Positions 30,407 to 42,190 are shown, numbered from the stretch's first letter. The stretch is 64,000 nt of DNA from Candidatus Bathyarchaeota archaeon (GCA_963769425.1 CAVYLP010000005.1:31436-95435); one strand, 5' to 3'. Notes: generated by a model from the sequence alone, not told the origin. Numbers and translations are program-made.

Positions 30407-30808
30407 ATGGCGATGGAAAGAGAGCTTCTGAAGAACGCGTTTAGCAAGCCGTGTACCCTCATCTATCCCTTCGAAAAGAGGGAGATGCCGAAGGGTACCC
30501 GCGGCAAGCATGAGTACGACGAGGCTAAGTGCACCGGGTGCGGCATGTGCAGCCGGGTGTGCCCCAGCTTCGCCATCGAGCTCAAGGGTCTCGGCCCGAA
30601 GTGCGAGGGCCTGAGGGTAAACCTTGGGGCTTGCCTCTTCTGCCAGCAGTGCGAGGAGAGCTGCCCCACCAACGCCATCCGCTTAACCGTCGTTTACGAG
30701 CTCGCGGTTATAAACAAGGCGGACGAGATCCTTGACTTCAAGAGGACCCCTCGCCCACCAGCGGTCCCCACGGCTAAGCCCGCGGCACCCGTGGAGGTGA
30801 AGAAGTGA
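30407..30808 (+). CDS. NuoI-like 2x[4Fe-4S] subunit
   Basis: CTGCGMCSRVCP and CLFCQQCEESCP. Confidence 0.94.
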   Translation: MAMERELLKNAFSKPCTLIYPFEKREMPKGTRGKHEYDEAKCTGCGMCSRVCPSFAIELKGLGPKCEGLRVNLGACLFCQQCEESCPTNAIRLTVVYELAVINKADEILDFKRTPRPPAVPTAKPAAPVEVKK

Positions 30809-31056
30809 TGGCGTCCGAGCTAGTCCAGTTCGGGATACTCGCGATGACCATCGCCTTCGCCCTCGGCGCGGCGGGTCTCAAGAACCTACTATACGCAGCG
30901 CTCAGTCTCGGCGCGATGTGCATCAGCCTCGGAGCCCTATATTGGGTGCTCTACGCACCCTACGTGGGCCTGTTCCAGATGCTCATCTACGGAGGCGCCG
31001 TTGTTGTGCTGTTCGTATCTGTGATAATGTTCGTAAAGGGTGAGGGCAATGAGTGA
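30805..31056 (+). CDS. NuoJ N-terminal half (MbhD-like) membrane subunit
   Basis: 3 TM; APYVGLFQMLIYGGAVVVLF. Confidence 0.85.
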   Translation: MMASELVQFGILAMTIAFALGAAGLKNLLYAALSLGAMCISLGALYWVLYAPYVGLFQMLIYGGAVVVLFVSVIMFVKGEGNE

Positions 31057-31321
31057 GAACGGCGGAGCGGTCAAGGTAGCCGGAGTCGCCGTCGCGGCCC
31101 TCCTCTTCCTATCCTTCATTTACGTCGTGTCTAGCACACCCTTCCCCCACGCGTCGTATCGGAGCAGAGAGCTCCTCCCCACCGAGCCATCGGACAGGCT
31201 CGGGTCGGAGATGAGCGGCTTCCTCTGGAACTTCAGGGGGCTCGACCTATTGATGCAGACACTCATCCTATTCGCCACGGCGATCAGCTGCCTGGCGCTC
31301 CTCAGGGAGGAGAAAAACTGA
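31049..31321 (+). CDS. NuoJ C-terminal half (MbhE-like) membrane subunit
   Basis: 2 TM; LWNFRGLDLLMQ motif. Confidence 0.8.
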   Translation: MSENGGAVKVAGVAVAALLFLSFIYVVSSTPFPHASYRSRELLPTEPSDRLGSEMSGFLWNFRGLDLLMQTLILFATAISCLALLREEKN

Positions 31322-31635
31322 TGGCAAACGACGTTATTTTCCTTGGAGCCATCTTCGCGATGGTGAGCATCGGCCTCTACTGCGTCACGCAGAAGAGCAT
31401 GATTCGCATCCTACTCGGCGTCGAGATAATACTCAACGCCGGCAACTTCGCGTTCGTCTACTTCGCATCCTACAGGGTCGCCGAGGGCTTCGTCGACCCG
31501 CTCGGCCAGAGCCTCGCCTTCATGTCCATAATCCTGGGGGGAAGCGTGATCGCGGTCGGACTGGCCCTTATAGTCAACGCCTACAAGCAGTTCAAGACCA
31601 CTGAGGTCGACAAGATGAGGAGGCTGAAGTGGTGA
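31321..31635 (+). CDS. NuoK-like membrane subunit
   Basis: IRILLGVEIILNAGN, GLAL, C-terminal LKW. Confidence 0.9.
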   Translation: MANDVIFLGAIFAMVSIGLYCVTQKSMIRILLGVEIILNAGNFAFVYFASYRVAEGFVDPLGQSLAFMSIILGGSVIAVGLALIVNAYKQFKTTEVDKMRRLKW

Positions 31636-33114
31636 TGGGCCTAGAACTGCTCTTCATGTTCAGCCCCTTCGCAGTTGTGCTGTTCGGGCTGCTCGGCGAG
31701 AAGTTCAAGGTGGCGAAGCTCAGGGAGGTCGTCGCGATCATCCTGAGCGCCTTCACACTCGTGAGCGTCTGGCTCCTATACAATCTGCAGCAGGCTAGCC
31801 CCACGAAGATACTCGTGGTGACGCTCGGTGGCGCTCCACCGCTCGGCGCCTGCTTCGAGATCGACATGCTCAGCATCTACATGGCCTTCAGCGCAGCACT
31901 GCTCGGCCTCTTCGCGACCATCTACAGCTACAGCTACATGAAGCACGACACACGCCTCACCGAGTACTACACACTCCTGTCAGCCCTCGTGACCGGCATC
32001 ATCGGCGTCAGCTTCGCGGGCGACTTCTTCACGTTCTTCATCTTCTGGGAGCTAATGGGCATCGCGAGCTACGTGCTCGTCGCCTTCCGGAAGGAGAACT
32101 GGGGACCAGTCGAGGCGGGCTTCAAGTACATGGTGATGGGAGCCGTCGGCTCCACCATGCTGCTGCTGGGCATCAGCCTCATCTACGGCATGGCGGGGAC
32201 GGTGAACTTCGCACAGATCAGCAATAGCCTCCACACCAGCGGCGCGAGCCTCTGGATGATGGTCGCTATGCTCGTCTTCGTCGTGGGCTTCGGCGTGAAG
32301 TCGGCCATCGTGCCACTCCACACCTGGCTCCCCGACGCGCACCCCGAGGCACCTAGCCCAATCAGCGCGATGCTGTCGGGCATACTCATCGAGACTGCCC
32401 TCTACGGGCTAACTAGAATACTCTACATCATCTACCCTGCGGCTGACTTCAGCCTGATGATCGCGGGCCTCGCCGTCGTAACGATGAGCTTCGCCAACAT
32501 TGTGGCGGTGCTCCAGACGGACGTTAAGAGGATGCTCGCCTACAGCAGCATAAGCCAGATGGGCTACATGCTCGTCGGCGTCGCGGGCGGAGGCATCATG
32601 GGGCTCACGGGCGTGTTCCTACACGTCTTCAACCACAGCCTCATGAAGGGCCTAGCCTTCTTCTCCGCAGGTTCGATGACAGAGGAGTCGGGCACGCGGG
32701 ACATCGACAAGATGAGGGGCATCGCCAAGGTGATGCCGATAACGAGTCTCACGATGTTCATAGCCCTCCTCGGACTGGGAGGCGTACCCGGGACGGCCGG
32801 GTTCATAAGCAAATACCTACTCTTCGGCTCAGCCCTAGCCCCAGGATACTGGTGGCTCACAGTCATCGCGGTCCTAAACAGCGCCCTCAGCATGGTCTAC
32901 TACCTGAGGGTGATGAAGGCCCTAGTCGGGCAGCCGAAGGAGGCTGCTGAAGGCGACGAAGGAGGCACCACCGCTCATGCTGGGCGTCACCGTCGCAATG
33001 GCCACACTGATAATACTCTTCGGAATCTGGCCAGCGCCGATGATAGCCTACGCCACGGAGGCGGCTAAGGCTCTCCTCAACCTCCCCAACTACGTCAAGG
33101 TGATACTGCCATGA
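31635..33114 (+). CDS. Antiporter-like subunit (NuoN/MrpD-like); +1 frameshift near 32942
   Basis: FWELM, KSAIVPLHTWLPDAH, KRMLAYSS, GFISK; true C-terminus (KEAPPLML...GIWP...ILP*) in the next frame ends at 33114. Confidence 0.9.
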
Positions 33115-35275
33115 TCAGTCTACTCAACATAGCAGCGGACGCGGCGCCGACACTCATATCGGCGCCCGTCAACGGTTTAGAGCAGTTCATGTCGAACCCG
33201 GGGGCCTGGCTGTGCTGGTTGATCCCCATAGCCGGGGCGCTCCTGATGCCGGTGATCGCCAAGGGAGGCCACAGGGTCCGAGACTACGCGGCGGTCGCCA
33301 TAGCATTCGCGGCGGTCGTCGCCGCGGCCTCGCTACTGCCCGGCCTCTGGGCCGACAAACCCCACGAACGACGTACAGGTCGCAACGTGGATAACATTCC
33401 CCAACGGTGCACCGCTCACGCTGGGCGTCCTAATCGACCCACTCAGCATACTCATAGCAAACGTCGTCGCCTTCATCGCGTTCCTAATCGTCGTCTACAG
33501 CGTCGGATACATGCACGGCGACGAGCACCTAACGAGGTACTGGTTCTTCTTCCTCTTCTTCATCGGCAACATGCTCCTGCTTGTGCTCTCTGACAACCTC
33601 ATCCAGATGATGATAGGCTGGGAGGGCGTCGGTCTCTGCAGTTACGGGTTGATCGGTTACTACTACCGCGACCCGAAGGAGAGGTGGCTGGGTGGACCCC
33701 CGCCGACCAAGATGTTCCCGCCGAGCCACGCCGGCATGAAGGCCTTCATAGTCACAGGCATCGGTGACGTCTTCCTCCTCGGGGCGATCTTCATAATATA
33801 CAACTACGCCGGGACCCTGAACTTCGTCCAGTTGATCAACACGGCACCCCAGTGGATGGCGGCGATATCCGTCGTCCCAGGGCTGCTCAGCTTGACGGCC
33901 ATACTCTTCCTTGGCGGACCAATCGGCAAGAGCGCGCAGTTCCCACTCCACGAGTGGCTCCCCGAGGCGATGGCGGGTCCCACGGCGGTCAGCGCCCTCA
34001 TCCACGCGGCGACGATGGTCAAGGCAGGGGTCTACCTGGTCGCCAGAATGGCGCCCGCCTTCTACATCGGGACCTTCGCGCAGCACCTAGCCGAGGCTCA
34101 GACCTACTTCGTCGCCATAGCCGTCGTGGGCGCCTTCACGGCGTTCCTCGCGGCCAGTCAGGCGATGGTAGCGCTTGAGCTGAAGAAGGTTCTAGCGTAC
34201 TCAACCGTCAGCCAGATCGGGTTCATGATGCTCGGCCTGGGTGTCTCGGGCCTCGGGGAGGGTAACCTCCTGCCGGGCCTCACCGCGGGCATCTTCCACC
34301 TCGTAAGCCACGCCCTCTTCAAGGCGGCGCTCTTCCTGGGCGCAGGCTGCGTCATCCACGCGGTGGAGACGATATACATGGATAAGATGGGCGGGCTTGG
34401 GAAGCAGATGCCCTTCACGAAGATACTGATGCTCCTCGCGACGCTGAGCCTGGCGGGCATCCCGCCGTTCAGCGGCTTCTGGAGCAAGGACGCCATCTTC
34501 GTGGCGAGCCTTAACGCGGGCCTGACCCTGACGAATGTACTCTACGTCGTCGCGGTGGTCACCGCGCTGATGACGCTGGTCTACAGCGCGCGCTACATCT
34601 ACATGGTCTTCTACGGTGAGAAGAGCCACTTCATCCACGAGCTGGAGGAGGAGGGCCACCACGTCCACGAGAGCCCCGCAATAATGTGGGGGCCCATCGC
34701 GGTCCTGGTAGCCGTAATGCTGGGAATAAGCGCCCTCGGCCTCGTCGGATTCTTCGTCCCCAGCCTAAGCCCCGAGGTCTTCATCGAGGGTCAGATGACG
34801 AGGATGGTCGAGGGACTTAACGTCCCCGAGATATTCGCCTCCGCCAGCGCGACCTTCACGGAGCCCGTCGTCGCAAGACGCGACGAAGCTGACGGCGATC
34901 GCCTCGAGCGGCGCCATCATACTCGTCGGCGGAATAATCGCCTACCTCCTCTACATGGTGCGCAAGTACAACGCCTGGCAGATCGTCAGCGACAGCAGCA
35001 TACTGAGGCCCATCCACAGCTTCCTCTGGAACAGGTGGTACATCAACGAACTATACTACGCCGTCGGAGTCGACGGACTACTCGCCCTATGCAGGGGCAT
35101 AAACAGCACCTTCGAGGCGAAGCTCCTCGGAGTCAACGACTCGGCCCCGAGGGGCTTCACGGGGCTCTGGAACCAGGTGAAGAAGCTCCAGACCGGGTAC
35201 CTAAGCATCAACGTGCTGTACCTGGCCGGGCTGCTACTATTCCTGCTGTTCCTCGTCCTCGTGAGGGGGGTGTGA
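33111..35275 (+). CDS. NuoL/MrpA-like antiporter subunit with lateral helix; +1 frameshifts near 33360 and 34875
   Basis: GWEGVGLCSYGLI, KSAQFPLHEWLPEAMAGPT, SALIHAATMV, GFWSKD, RWYINELY...LQTG. Confidence 0.92.
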
Positions 35276-35279
35276 TGAC

Positions 35280-36786
35280 ATGGTAATGCAATATAGTCTA
35301 CTGTTATCGCTCGTGGTGCCACTGGCCGCGGTTGCAATCGCGTACTTCGCGGGTAGGTCGACAGGCAAGAGCATCGGCTGGTTCGTCGCCGCCTCGCTCA
35401 TCGTCTCGCTCGCGCTCCTAGTCGGGGTCGCGCTCGGGATCAGCGACGGCAGCGCATACAAGGAGGTCTACACGTGGGCCCCGCAGGCGGGTCTGAGCTT
35501 CACCCTGCTCGCCGACGGGCTGAGCATCTGGGTGCTGCTGACGATAAACGTCCTCTGCCTCGCTATAACGGTCTACAGCATGCCCTACATGGAGCACAGG
35601 TTCCACGAGTGGGAGCACGAGACCAACGAGAAGAAGGGCCCAGAAGCCTACGCCAGCTACTTCGCCCTCTACCTGCTCTACGCAGTCGGTATGCTCGGCA
35701 CGATAATGTCTACGAACCTCATCCAGTTCTACCTCTTCTACGAGCTAATGCTCATCCCGTCTTGGCTGCTCATCAACAACTACGGCTACGGCGACAGGGA
35801 GAAGATCGGCATGATCTACTTCATGTGGACGAACGTCAGCGCCGTCATCCTCCTCGCGGGGATACTCGCCGCCTACACCATCACGGGCAGCTTCGAGATA
35901 AGCAGCCTGACGAGGCTCGTGGGCGTCAGCAACGCCGCGTGGATAGCCGGCGCGATGCTCTTCGCCTTCTTCACGAAGATGGCGGTCTTCGGCCTGCACA
36001 CGTGGCTGCCCTTCGCACACGCTGAGGCACCAACCCCAATCTCCGCACTTGCTTAGCCCCGCCATGATCGGCATAGGAGCCTACGCGGCCCTCCGCCTCG
36101 TCATCATACCCATGACCCCGGTCTTCCAGACCTTCAGTTGGGTCTTCACACTCTGGGCGCTGGTCACAATGATATACGGCGGCCTCATGGCGCTGACGCA
36201 GGATGACATCAAGCGCTTCCTCGCCTACAGTAGTATAAGTCAGATGGGTTACATCTTCCTTGGTCTAGCGAGCGTCACCCCGAACGGTGAGGTCGGCGCC
36301 ATATACCAGTACGTAGCTCACGGTTTCGGCAAAGCCATTCTCTTCCTCGTCGCGGGTATACTCATCAGCCAGACTGGCACGAGGAGCATAAAGAAGATGG
36401 GCGGACTCGCCGACAGGATGCCCTGGACGGCTGTGATGGCCATCATAGGTTTCCTGACGATAGGCGGCGTACCGCCGACGATGGGCTTCATGAGTAAGTT
36501 CTTCATCTTCTCCGGAGTCTTCGGCAACCAGCTGGCCCCCGCCGGGCAGGTGTGGGCCGCGGTGATTGGGATAATCATGACCGTCCTCACGATCGGCTAC
36601 GGGATGTGGACGGTGCGCAGGGTCTTCTATGGGCCCCTCCCCGAGCACCTAAAGCAGGTGAAGGAGGCGCCCATGACGATGTTGCTCCCGCTCATCGTCT
36701 TCGCGGTGCTAGTCATCGTCCTCGGCATCTGGCCGACGCTGATAACCAACTACCTATCTCCATTCTTCGCCACGTTCTTCGCGTAG
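35280..36786 (+). CDS. NuoM-like antiporter subunit; +1 frameshift near 36048
   Basis: FYELMLIP, KMAVFGLHTWLPFAHAEAPT, KRFLAYSSISQMG. Confidence 0.9.
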
Positions 36787-37022
36787 GGCCAACTGGCCAT
36801 TTTTCCATTTCACGCCCTAGAGGCTACACTGCCAGTCGCCGCATCGAAAATCAACGAATAAGGCAGCTAGGGACGAGCAGAATGCATGAAGCGAATTTTT
36901 CGATATTCGCCGCTAAATAAAAAAAAGAAAAAAGGATCCGTTCCGGGAAATCGGTGAAAACGCTCAGGATGGCGGCGGCGAAGGCACCTCCCTCCCCCCA
37001 TCCACGCACTCATGAACAAACA

Positions 37023-37088
37023 AACACCTCACAACACCCTTAAAACACCTCTCCAAACCACGCCATTACATAAGTTTTTTTAATGTAA
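37023..37088 (+). promoter_or_regulatory. Phased AACACC repeats and TTACAT/ATGTAA inverted repeat around the ATPase promoter
   Basis: AACACC at 37023, 37033 and 37044 (10-11 bp spacing); IR at 37066-37071/37083-37088 flanking a T-rich TATA-like element. Confidence 0.4.
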
Positions 37089-37108
37089 GCAGGGTCTGCA
37101 ATTAGGAA

Positions 37109-37426
37109 ATGAGCGTCGCTGTCATTGGGCCCTCATCCTTCATCACCTGCTTCCAGCTAATCGGGGCAGAGGGTTACAACTGCGTTACCGGCGAGGAAGT
37201 CGCCCAGACGCTGAGCCGACTCGTGGACGAGAAGAAGTACAAGCTTATAATCTTCCCCGAGAGGTTCGCGGCGGAAACCCTCCCAGTCAGAGAGCAGGTC
37301 CTAAAGAGGGGCGCCATCTCGCCCGTCTTCGCACTGGTGCCAGACTTCACTATGCAGACAGGCGATAGGATGCAGGAGCTACAGGCAGTCATATCGCTTG
37401 CTATCGGAACAAAGCTGGAGTTGTGA
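37109..37426 (+). CDS. atpF: A/V-type ATP synthase subunit F
   Basis: VAVIG...FQLIG start, C-terminal AIG; first gene of the operon. Confidence 0.88.
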   Translation: MSVAVIGPSSFITCFQLIGAEGYNCVTGEEVAQTLSRLVDEKKYKLIIFPERFAAETLPVREQVLKRGAISPVFALVPDFTMQTGDRMQELQAVISLAIGTKLEL

Positions 37427-37429
37427 TGA

Positions 37430-37759
37430 ATGGAAGTCAAAAAGGTCCTATCAGTCGGCAAACGGCTCCAAACCATCCTCGAGGAGGCGGAGAGGGAGTC
37501 CCAGCAGAAGCTCGGGGACGCGAAGCGCCGCTCCGACGAGATGGTTAACAAGGCCCGCTCAGAAGCTGAGGAGAAGAAATCCAAGGCCCAGCGCGGCGCC
37601 GGAATAGACGACTTGGTAAAGGCCGAGGAGAACCGTGCTAAGGTGGAGGCCGAGAAGATCAAGGTCCAATACCAACAGAAGATCGAGGTGATCAAGAAGA
37701 TCCCCAAGAAAAAGAGGGACCACAGTGTCGACCTCGTCATAAAGGAGGTTCTCCCATGA
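37430..37759 (+). CDS. atpH: A/V-type ATP synthase peripheral stalk subunit H(G)
   Basis: Charged coiled coil of about 110 aa between F and E. Confidence 0.75.
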   Translation: MEVKKVLSVGKRLQTILEEAERESQQKLGDAKRRSDEMVNKARSEAEEKKSKAQRGAGIDDLVKAEENRAKVEAEKIKVQYQQKIEVIKKIPKKKRDHSVDLVIKEVLP

Positions 37760-38397
37760 GCCAGCAGAGCAGCTTGGACCTCGAGACGAGGCTCATAGAG
37801 CGCACTATGGCCCAGCGCGACGAGATGATAGCCAAGGCCGACGCCGATGCCAAGACCATGCTCGAAGCCGCCGAGAAGGAGGCCCAACGCATCAAATCCG
37901 AGACTGATCGCCAAATACTCAATATAGTCGCCAGCGTCCTCCGTGGCGTACGCGACAGGATAGTTGGTGGGGTCGAGCTCGACAGTAGGAAGCAGCTGAT
38001 GATCGCCCGCGACGAGACGCTCCAGCAGATCTACGGCGAGGCCGAGAAGAAGCTCAAGGAGTACTCCGCGGACAAGAAGGATTACCACGAGGCACTACTC
38101 AAGCTGGTCGCGGAGGCCGTGAAGGCCATCGGTGGCGAGGAGTTCATACTCTCCGCCAACGACGCCGACCTAGCCGACCTCAAGAAGACACATAAGAAGC
38201 TCGAAGCCGACGTGTCAAAAGTTGTTGGCTCGAAAGTCAGTATCACATTCGACGACACCCCCATCGCGACCATCGGTGGTGTCGTTGTAAAGAACACTGA
38301 GGGCACGAAGGTGTACTACAACACGTTCGAGGGCAGGATCAAGCGGGCACGCACCAAGCTCAACGTTACCCTCGCGAAACTAATGGAGGCCGACTAA
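37756..38397 (+). CDS. atpE: A/V-type ATP synthase subunit E
   Basis: N-terminal coiled coil, IGGVVV...NTFEGRI. Confidence 0.9.
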   Translation: MSQQSSLDLETRLIERTMAQRDEMIAKADADAKTMLEAAEKEAQRIKSETDRQILNIVASVLRGVRDRIVGGVELDSRKQLMIARDETLQQIYGEAEKKLKEYSADKKDYHEALLKLVAEAVKAIGGEEFILSANDADLADLKKTHKKLEADVSKVVGSKVSITFDDTPIATIGGVVVKNTEGTKVYYNTFEGRIKRARTKLNVTLAKLMEAD

Positions 38398-38399
38398 GA

Positions 38400-40160
38400 A
38401 TGGGAATCATAGGCACAATCGACCGTATCAATGGCTCGCTCATCAGGGCAATATTCACCGAGGCGCCGAAGATCGGTGACCTCGTTGAGGTCGGTAACCT
38501 CAAGCTCATGGGCGAGATCGTGCGCCTCGACGGGCAGACCGCCTTCTGCCAATGCTACGAGATCACAGATGGCATACGCCCCGGTGAGCCTGTAAACGAC
38601 ACAGGCGAGCCCCTCATGGCTGAGCTCGGCCCGGGCATCATGGGCGCTATCATGGATGGTGTCGAGCGCAGCGAGACCGAGCTCTGGAACAGGACCGGCC
38701 CATTCGTCAGCAGGGGAACCAGCGTCCCGCCCCTTGACAGGAAGAAGAAGTGGGAGTTCGTCCCAACCGTTAAGAAGGGCGACAATGTGGGCCCCGGCGA
38801 CTTCATAGGCACCGTTCAGGAGACGAAGAGCTTCGTCCACAAGATCATGGTGCCACCGGACATAAACGGTATCATCAAGAGCATCTACAAGGGTGAGTTC
38901 ACTGTCGAGGAGACCGTCGGGGAGCTGGAGACCCCAGATGGAGTCAAGGAACTCAAGCTAATGCAGAAGTGGCCCGTCCGCAGACCTAGGCCAGTCAAGC
39001 AGAGGCTTCCACTCAGTGTGCCCCTAATCACGGGCCAGCGCGTCATCGACACATTCTTCCCCTGCGCCAAGGGCGGCGCGGCAGCAATCCCCGGCGGATT
39101 TGGAACCGGGAAGACCGTCACCCTCCAGCAGATCAGTAAGTGGAGTGACGCGGACATAATCATACTCATCGGCTGCGGGGAGCGCGGCAACGAGATGGCG
39201 GACGTCGTCGCCCACTTCCCAGTCATCAAGGACCCGAGGAGCGGGCGCAACCTCATCGAGAGGACCGTCATCGTCGCGAACGTCAGCAACATGCCAGTCT
39301 CCGCCCGTGAGGCGTCCATCTATATGGGCACCACACTCGGCGAGTACTTCCGAGACATGGGCTACGACGTAGCCGTCATGGCGGACTCCACATCGAGGTG
39401 GGCGGAAGCACTGCGTGACATCTCCGGTCGCCTGGGTGAGATCCCAGCAGAGGCCGGCTTCCCAGCCTACCTCCCTGACAGGATCGCCGAACTCTACGAG
39501 CGCGCTGGACGCGCTATAGTCCTCAGCTCGCAGGAACGCCTAGGCAGCGTCACGATGCTCGGAGCCGTCTCCCCGCCAGGCGGAGACTTCAGCGAGCCAG
39601 TCACAACATACACGCTACGCTTCATCGGAACCTTCTGGGCCCTCGACAGCGCCCTCGCACAGCGCCGCCACTTCCCGGCCATCAACTGGCTGAGGAGCTT
39701 CACACGCTACCTCGAAATCTCCGCCGAGTGGTGGAGCCAATACGACAAGGACTGGCTCAGCAACCGCGCCAAGGCCATGAGCATACTAGAGGAGGCAGCT
39801 GAGATCGAGGAGACCGCAAGGATCATCGGCGAGAAGAGCCTCCCAGACGACCAGCGCCTAGTGCTGCTCGTCGCTGAGCTGCTCCGCGAGGGCTTCCTCG
39901 TCCAGGCAGCTTACCACGAGATCGACACTTACTGCGACGCCGAGAAGCAGACGAAGCTCCTGCGCATCATCGTCGAGTTCAACAACATGGTCGAGGGGCT
40001 CGTCAAGCAGAGCGTCCCCATCGAGAAGGTGCGCGAGCTACCGATAGTCACCGAGATGATGAGGCTCAAGGAGCGCAAGGGCAGCGAGCCCATAGACCTG
40101 GCAAAGCAGGAGATGGTTAAGCAGGTCGGCGAACTCGCCAAGACCTACGGGGTGAGCTAA
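38400..40160 (+). CDS. atpA: A/V-type ATP synthase catalytic subunit A
   Basis: P-loop [33 protein letters not shown]. Confidence 0.98.
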   Translation: MGIIGTIDRINGSLIRAIFTEAPKIGDLVEVGNLKLMGEIVRLDGQTAFCQCYEITDGIRPGEPVNDTGEPLMAELGPGIMGAIMDGVERSETELWNRTGPFVSRGTSVPPLDRKKKWEFVPTVKKGDNVGPGDFIGTVQETKSFVHKIMVPPDINGIIKSIYKGEFTVEETVGELETPDGVKELKLMQKWPVRRPRPVKQRLPLSVPLITGQRVIDTFFPCAKGGAAAIPGGFGTGKTVTLQQISKWSDADIIILIGCGERGNEMADVVAHFPVIKDPRSGRNLIERTVIVANVSNMPVSAREASIYMGTTLGEYFRDMGYDVAVMADSTSRWAEALRDISGRLGEIPAEAGFPAYLPDRIAELYERAGRAIVLSSQERLGSVTMLGAVSPPGGDFSEPVTTYTLRFIGTFWALDSALAQRRHFPAINWLRSFTRYLEISAEWWSQYDKDWLSNRAKAMSILEEAAEIEETARIIGEKSLPDDQRLVLLVAELLREGFLVQAAYHEIDTYCDAEKQTKLLRIIVEFNNMVEGLVKQSVPIEKVRELPIVTEMMRLKERKGSEPIDLAKQEMVKQVGELAKTYGVS

Positions 40161-40161
40161 G

Positions 40162-41559
40162 ATGGCAGAACAAGCAGGACTAGTCTACAAGACCGTAAAG
40201 GAGATCCACGGCCCCATCCTCTTCGTCGAGAACGTTCAGGGTATAAGCTACAACGAGATCGTCCGCATACGCACTGAGTCGGGCTACGAGGTCTCGGGAA
40301 GTGTCCTGGAGGTATCCAAGGACTGGGCGATGGTACAGTGCTTCGGTAACACCTCGGGCATGGATCTCAAGGTTGGGGTCAGGTTCACGGGCGAGACCCA
40401 GAAGATCCCCGTCACCAACGACCTAATCGGCAGGGTCTTCAGCGGAAGTTTCGTGCCACGCGACGGGATGCCCGCTCCGCTGAGCGACGACGTCCGAGAC
40501 GTAAACGGTGGAACAATCAACCCCGCCGCACGCGAGGTCCCCAGTGACTTCGTCCAGACCGGGATGAGCAGCATCGATGGCATGAACAGCCTCGTCAGGG
40601 GTCAGAAGCTACCCATCTTCAGCGAGTCTGGTCTCCACCACAACATGCTCGCCGCCCAGATCGCCCGTCAGGCTACGATCCCCGGTAAGGAGAGCGACTT
40701 CGCAATCGTCTTCGGCGCTATGGGAATCAAGAACGAGGAGGCCGACTTCTTCCGCAAGGAGTTCGAGGAGACGGGCGCTCTGAACAAGAGTGTCCTTGTC
40801 CTCAACCTCGCGGACGACCCACCGATCGAGCGTCTGGTCACGCCCCGCATCGCGCAGACCATCGCCGAGTACCTAGCCTTCGACATGGGCATGCACGTCC
40901 TAACCATCCTCACCGACATGACCAACTACGCCGAGGCGCTACGCAGCATCAGCATCGCCAGGGAGGAGATCCCGACGAGGAAGGGCTACCCCGGATACCT
41001 CTACAGCGACCTAGCAACCATCTACGAGCGCGCTGGAATCGTCACGGGGAAGAAGGGCTCGGTCACCCTGATGCCCATTCTCTCCATGCCCGCTGGCGAC
41101 ATCACCCACCCCGTACCTGACCTCACAGGCTACATCACCGAGGGGCAGCTCCTCCTCCAGCGTGAGCTCTCCCTCAAGGGTCTCTACCCCGCCATGAACG
41201 TCCTCCCCAGCCTAAGTAGGCTCATGAAGGACGGCATCGGCGCCAAGACGACCCGCAAGGACCACCAAGACGTCTCAAACCAGCTCTACATGGCGTACGC
41301 CGAGGGAACACGCGCACGCGGCCTAGTTCGCATCGTCGGAACAGTCGGACTCAGCGACCGTGAGCGCAAGTGGCTCGAGTTCGCCGACGCCTTCGAGACA
41401 AAGTTCGTCAACCAGGGCCGCTACGAGAACAGGACCATCGAGCAGACCCTCGACCTAGCATGGGACCTACTTGCCATGCTCCCCGAGGAGAACCTCATCA
41501 GGGTCCGCGAGTCCTACATCAAGGAGTACCACCCGAAGTACCGTAAGAGAGAGAGCTAG
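40162..41559 (+). CDS. atpB: A/V-type ATP synthase subunit B
   Basis: [41 protein letters not shown]. Confidence 0.98.
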   Translation: MAEQAGLVYKTVKEIHGPILFVENVQGISYNEIVRIRTESGYEVSGSVLEVSKDWAMVQCFGNTSGMDLKVGVRFTGETQKIPVTNDLIGRVFSGSFVPRDGMPAPLSDDVRDVNGGTINPAAREVPSDFVQTGMSSIDGMNSLVRGQKLPIFSESGLHHNMLAAQIARQATIPGKESDFAIVFGAMGIKNEEADFFRKEFEETGALNKSVLVLNLADDPPIERLVTPRIAQTIAEYLAFDMGMHVLTILTDMTNYAEALRSISIAREEIPTRKGYPGYLYSDLATIYERAGIVTGKKGSVTLMPILSMPAGDITHPVPDLTGYITEGQLLLQRELSLKGLYPAMNVLPSLSRLMKDGIGAKTTRKDHQDVSNQLYMAYAEGTRARGLVRIVGTVGLSDRERKWLEFADAFETKFVNQGRYENRTIEQTLDLAWDLLAMLPEENLIRVRESYIKEYHPKYRKRES

Positions 41560-41561
41560 CC

Positions 41562-42179
41562 TTGTCCTCTACCAGCGGAGTCCGGCCCACAAAGGGCTAC
41601 CTCATGGAGATGCAGAGCCGCATCGTCTTCATAGAGCGGGGCACCGAGTTCCTCAAGCTCAAGAGGGACCACCTCGCCAAAGAGCTAAGCGAGTCCATAG
41701 AGGTGCTCAGGGGGAGGAGGAGGCTGCTGCTCGAGAGCCTCGGGGAGGCTTACAAGGCGGTCCAGGCCGCGTACCTGAGCCTCGGCCCGACTGAGGTCGA
41801 GAGCCAGGCAGCCAGCATACGCAGTACGCTCGACATCGACCTCCTGCCGAAGAGTACGATGGGTGTCCAGTATCCCTACATTAAGATACTGAGCAAGCCC
41901 AAAGTCGAGGGTGAGCTAGATATCACCCTCAGCTACGCCTCTGACAAGGTCTTTAGCATACTCGAGGAGATCATCAGGCTCGCCGAGTTCGAGAGCAGGG
42001 TCGAGCGCATCGCGGACGAGCTCGGTAGGACGAACCGTAAGGTGAACGCCCTCGAGAACACGGTAATACCCGACATGAAGGCGGTCATCAAGTTCATACA
42101 GGACAAGCTGGACGAGGAGCAGATGGAGGACCTCGTCCGAATCAAGTTGATTGGGGGTGCGTTGGCATCGGAAAGGTAA
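41562..42179 (+). CDS. atpD: A/V-type ATP synthase subunit D
   Basis: RPTK, LKLKRD, TNRKVNALE. Confidence 0.95.
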   Translation: MSSTSGVRPTKGYLMEMQSRIVFIERGTEFLKLKRDHLAKELSESIEVLRGRRRLLLESLGEAYKAVQAAYLSLGPTEVESQAASIRSTLDIDLLPKSTMGVQYPYIKILSKPKVEGELDITLSYASDKVFSILEEIIRLAEFESRVERIADELGRTNRKVNALENTVIPDMKAVIKFIQDKLDEEQMEDLVRIKLIGGALASER

Positions 42180-42190
42180 AGACGGGTTCG

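Noticed and set aside
31635-36786. Programmed frameshifting or pseudogenisation of antiporter subunits
   Set aside because: The same +1 insertion pattern occurs across the window, including polB1, with no slippery motif.
36787-37108. Hidden ATPase c subunit gene in the gap
   Set aside because: No hydrophobic hairpin ORF with a GxGxG/Glu motif; the sequence is A-rich intergenic DNA.
37174-38088. Long antisense ORFs (also 1912-2553, 57340-58071 and many others)
   Set aside because: Shadow frames of well-supported genes with GC-rich third codon positions; no recognisable motifs.
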